Of a DNA stretch of 17,073 nt, positions 15,681-17,073 are shown in pieces. The translations under genes were made by a program, and so were the position numbers. The DNA comes from Candidatus Iainarchaeum sp. GTDB lineage: Archaea; Iainarchaeota; Iainarchaeia; Iainarchaeales; CSSED10-239. The notes below the pieces were generated by a model that worked only from the letters and a program-made list of their open reading frames with translations, ran no database searches and was not told the DNA's origin. Numbering within the stretch: position 1 is the stretch's first letter; each line of letters starts with the position of its first letter. The DNA lies in NCBI GenBank assembly GCA_937968065.1, contig CALBUD010000013.1, positions 1 through 17,073 on the forward strand, read 5' to 3'.

Positions 15681-15862
15681 GGATTGAGACCTTAAGAAAA
15701 TATCCAAAGAAAAAGTGGTTTTAGGTGAGTTATTTCATCTAGGGGGTGGTTTTAGAAGATATGACGATAATTGATAAATGCGATAGTTAGGGAAGCAAAA
15801 CTTAAACCAGGTTTAAATGGACGATGGATTTATTGGCTTCCCTATCTTGAATAAATCTTTTT
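15681..15862 (+). ncRNA. Candidate structured non-coding RNA of unknown family
   Basis: This is a G-enriched island in the largest non-coding gap of the window. An 8-bp stem pairs AGGGAAGC (15789-15796) with GCTTCCCT (15836-15843). An inner 6-bp hairpin pairs TTAAAC (15802-15807) with GTTTAA (15811-15816). A second 8-bp stem pairs GATTTATT (15827-15834) with AATAAATC (15850-15857) and is followed by TTTTT at 15858-15862. GTGGTTTTAG is directly repeated at 15715-15724 and 15746-15755. Ends and strand are inferred, not demonstrated. Confidence 0.3.
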
Positions 15863-15977
15863 CTTTTAATTTTTTTAAAATGTTTTTACTTTTTTATATA
15901 CACATACTATTTTTTGTTTCTGTAATGTTTATATATCTTTTCTAATATATAATATATATATTAAAAGCTATTTTTGT

Positions 15978-16059
15978 GCAGAGGTGGCGGAGTGGTCAAA
16001 CGCGCCAGCCTTGAGAGCTGGAGCCTTGCGCTACACGAGTTCGAATCTCGTCCTCTGCG
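15978..16059 (+). tRNA. tRNA-Ser: tRNA-Ser (anticodon UGA), type II, no encoded CCA
   Basis: Hand-folded cloverleaf. Acceptor GCAGAGG/CCTCTGC, 3-bp D stem GCG/CGC with loop GAGTGGTCAAA, anticodon stem CCAGC/GCTGG with loop CTTGAGA. The variable arm is 13 nt, the T arm is ACGAG-TTCGAAT-CTCGT, and the discriminator is G. Confidence 0.93.
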
Positions 16060-16084
16060 CTTTTATTTATAAAAATGTGATTTT

Positions 16085-16420
16085 ATGATGGTTAAGGAAA
16101 ATATATCTTTTAAAGATTTTTTAAAAATGGATATTAGAATAGGAACTATTGTTGAAGCAGAAATAGTTGAAGGTTCTGAAAAATTATTAAAACTAATAAT
16201 TGATTTTAAAGATTTTAAAAGACAAATAATAGCAGGAATAAAAGAAAAATATTCTCCATCAGATGTTATTAATAAACAAATACCTGTAATTGTTAATCTA
16301 GAGCCTAAAAAAATAATGAATCTTGAAAGTCAAGGTATGATTTTAGCTGTTGGAGATAAATCTCTTTTAGCTTTATTGCATCCTTCTGAAGTTGTGGATG
16401 AAGGCTCGCCTGTACACTAA
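16085..16420 (+). CDS. Trbp111/CsaA-like tRNA-binding domain protein (EMAP/OB fold)
   Basis: FLKMDIRIGTIVEAE...EKLLKLIIDF...RQIIAGI...VIVNLEPKKIMNLESQGMILAV is the classic tRNA-binding OB domain seen in Trbp111, CsaA and the MetRS C-terminus. It is 111 aa with a GTGAT SD. An alternative start is the second ATG at 16088. Confidence 0.85.
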   Translation: MMVKENISFKDFLKMDIRIGTIVEAEIVEGSEKLLKLIIDFKDFKRQIIAGIKEKYSPSDVINKQIPVIVNLEPKKIMNLESQGMILAVGDKSLLALLHPSEVVDEGSPVH

Positions 16421-16442
16421 TTCTTTTTTAAAAATATAAAAT

Positions 16443-16524
16443 TGCAGAGGTGGCGGAGTGGTCAAACGCACAAGCCTGGAAAGCTTGAGCCTCGTGCTAC
16501 GCGAGTTCGAATCTCGTCCTCTGC
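16443..16524 (+). tRNA. tRNA-Ser: tRNA-Ser (anticodon GGA), type II, no encoded CCA
   Basis: The acceptor and D arm are identical to the first tRNA-Ser. Anticodon stem CAAGC/GCTTG with loop CTGGAAA, 13-nt variable arm, T arm GCGAG-TTCGAAT-CTCGT, discriminator G. Confidence 0.93.
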
Positions 16525-16560
16525 GTTTTTTTCTTTTTTAAAAATTTAAAAAATATTTTT

Positions 16561-16648
16561 GCAGAGATGGCGGAGTGGTCAAACGCACAAGTTTCGAAAA
16601 CTTGGTAGGTTTAAGTGCCTTGCATGAGTTCGAATCTCATTCTCTGCG
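16561..16648 (+). tRNA. tRNA-Ser: tRNA-Ser (anticodon CGA), type II with 19-nt variable arm, no encoded CCA
   Basis: Acceptor GCAGAGA/TCTCTGC and T arm ATGAG-TTCGAAT-CTCAT differ from the other two copies only by compensatory pair changes. Anticodon stem CAAGT/ACTTG with loop TTCGAAA. The variable arm GTAGGTTTAAGTGCCTTGC can form an AGGT/GCCT stem. Discriminator G. Confidence 0.9.
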
Positions 16649-16673
16649 CTTATTTTAACAAAATAAAAAAATT

Positions 16674-17073
16674 TTATCTTCCAAGTTTTCCAGGTCTTTC
16701 AAAAACAATTGATTTATGAGCTGAAAACCTTGTTAAATTCATAATTAAATCAGCAAGAAGTTTTGCAAAAATAGGTGTAAATTTTAAAAATTCAACAAAA
16801 AAGATGACCATTAAAAAAATTATAATTACTGCCGAAAAATTAATTACATAATATCTTATAAAAGAATATAAATTTTTTTTAGAAAAAGTTTTTGTAAAAT
16901 CTTTAAATACAAATCTTTTATGAAGATTAAAATTAATAAAGGTTTTTGTAAAATCTGAAAAGAAAGTTACCCATAAATAATTATATGCTAAAACATTATA
17001 TAATATAAATATTAAAAAAACATCTGCAAAAGTTCCAATAAGACCTAACACAGCATATTTAAAAAATCTCTTT
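16674..17073 (-). CDS. GtrA-family membrane protein (5' partial, start beyond the right edge)
   Basis: Four hydrophobic segments and a C-terminal NLTRFSAHKSIVF motif are typical of GtrA-like proteins. On the minus strand the frame remains open upstream of the ORF-track GTG (17051) to the window edge (..KRFFKYAVLGLIGT..). That matches the usual GtrA N-terminal RF..Y..VG pattern, so the true start is probably outside the window. Confidence 0.7.
   Translation of the reverse strand, partial: KRFFKYAVLGLIGTFADVFLIFILYNVLAYNYLWVTFFSDFTKTFINFNLHKRFVFKDFTKTFSKKNLYSFIRYYVINFSAVIIIFLMVIFFVEFLKFTPIFAKLLADLIMNLTRFSAHKSIVFERPGKLGR

Noticed and set aside
15715-15755. The GTGGTTTTAG direct repeat as a mini-CRISPR array.
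   Set aside because: There are only two 10-nt copies with a 21-nt spacer and no cas genes in the window. This is far below CRISPR repeat length and copy number.
15761-15790. A 9-codon micro-ORF (MTIIDKCDS) preceded by GGGGGTGG.
   Set aside because: The spacing to the SD-like element is about 11 nt, longer than at the real genes here. The ORF is too short to evaluate, and the G-rich element is better explained as part of an RNA structure or repeat.
15681-15862. Assigning the candidate RNA to RNase P RNA, SRP RNA, a C/D-box or H/ACA sRNA, or a split or permuted tRNA.
   Set aside because: No GAGGAAAGUCC-type CR-I or CR-V motif is present. There is no convincing SRP helix-8 loop pattern; only a GGAAGCA resemblance. 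The near C box ATGACGA lacks CUGA D boxes at sRNA spacing, and there is no ACA box after the lower stem. The 7-bp GGGAAGC/GCTTCCC stem encloses only about 39 nt, too short for a cloverleaf. Only a covariance-model search can settle this.
15817-15945. A 42-aa ORF (MDDGFIGFPILNKSFSFNFFKMFLLFYIHILFFVSVMFIYLF) in the large gap, with a weak AGGT upstream.
   Set aside because: Most of it is read through T-runs, giving Phe-rich pseudo-hydrophobic sequence. It would also run over the likely tRNA-Ser promoter. A small membrane peptide cannot be excluded without conservation or Ribo-seq data.
16561-16648. A possible intron in the longer third tRNA-Ser.
   Set aside because: The extra 6 nt are fully accounted for by a longer variable arm (19 nt versus 13 nt). 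The anticodon loop is a normal 7 nt and there is no bulge-helix-bulge motif.
1-17073. Mobile elements, integrases, toxin-antitoxin pairs, restriction-modification or other defence systems.
   Set aside because: Every sizeable ORF has either a clear housekeeping assignment or is a simple membrane protein. Apart from the left-edge duplication, there are no terminal inverted repeats, transposase or integrase motifs, or compositional islands. The tRNA cluster shows no flanking direct-repeat att-like duplication of a tRNA 3' end.

Overview
This is a very AT-rich, densely packed archaeal window. By eye it is about a quarter G+C, and 16 of the 17 stop codons visible in the window are TAA. The gene content is almost entirely information-processing and proteostasis housekeeping. 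It includes aIF2-alpha (5' partial), a PAC2 proteasome-assembly chaperone, a HerA-like ATPase, a Gpt-like phosphoribosyltransferase-fold protein, aRF1, TruD and a Hel308/Ski2-type helicase. It also includes a long-type FKBP, proteasome beta, aCPSF1, an AK6/Fap7-like kinase, a class I CCA-adding enzyme, a Trbp111-like tRNA-binding protein, three tRNA-Ser genes and a GtrA-like protein that runs off the right edge. The composition, small intergenic gaps and lineage-specific single-pass membrane proteins suggest a reduced-genome (DPANN-like) archaeon, but that is inference only. I see no CRISPR array, mobile element, toxin-antitoxin pair or recognisable defence system. The most unexplained stretch is the 456-bp non-coding gap at 15522-15977, by far the largest gap in the window. 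It contains a G-enriched island with nested or crossing inverted repeats, a 10-nt direct repeat, a TATA-like doublet upstream and T-runs downstream. I read it as a candidate structured RNA of unknown family, sitting inside what looks like a tRNA-maturation neighbourhood (cca, the candidate RNA, tRNA-Ser, Trbp111, tRNA-Ser, tRNA-Ser). Other points worth a second look are a PRT-fold protein without the PRPP-binding loop, a GC-rich tandem duplication at the left edge that looks non-native, and several exact repeats in intergenic regions.
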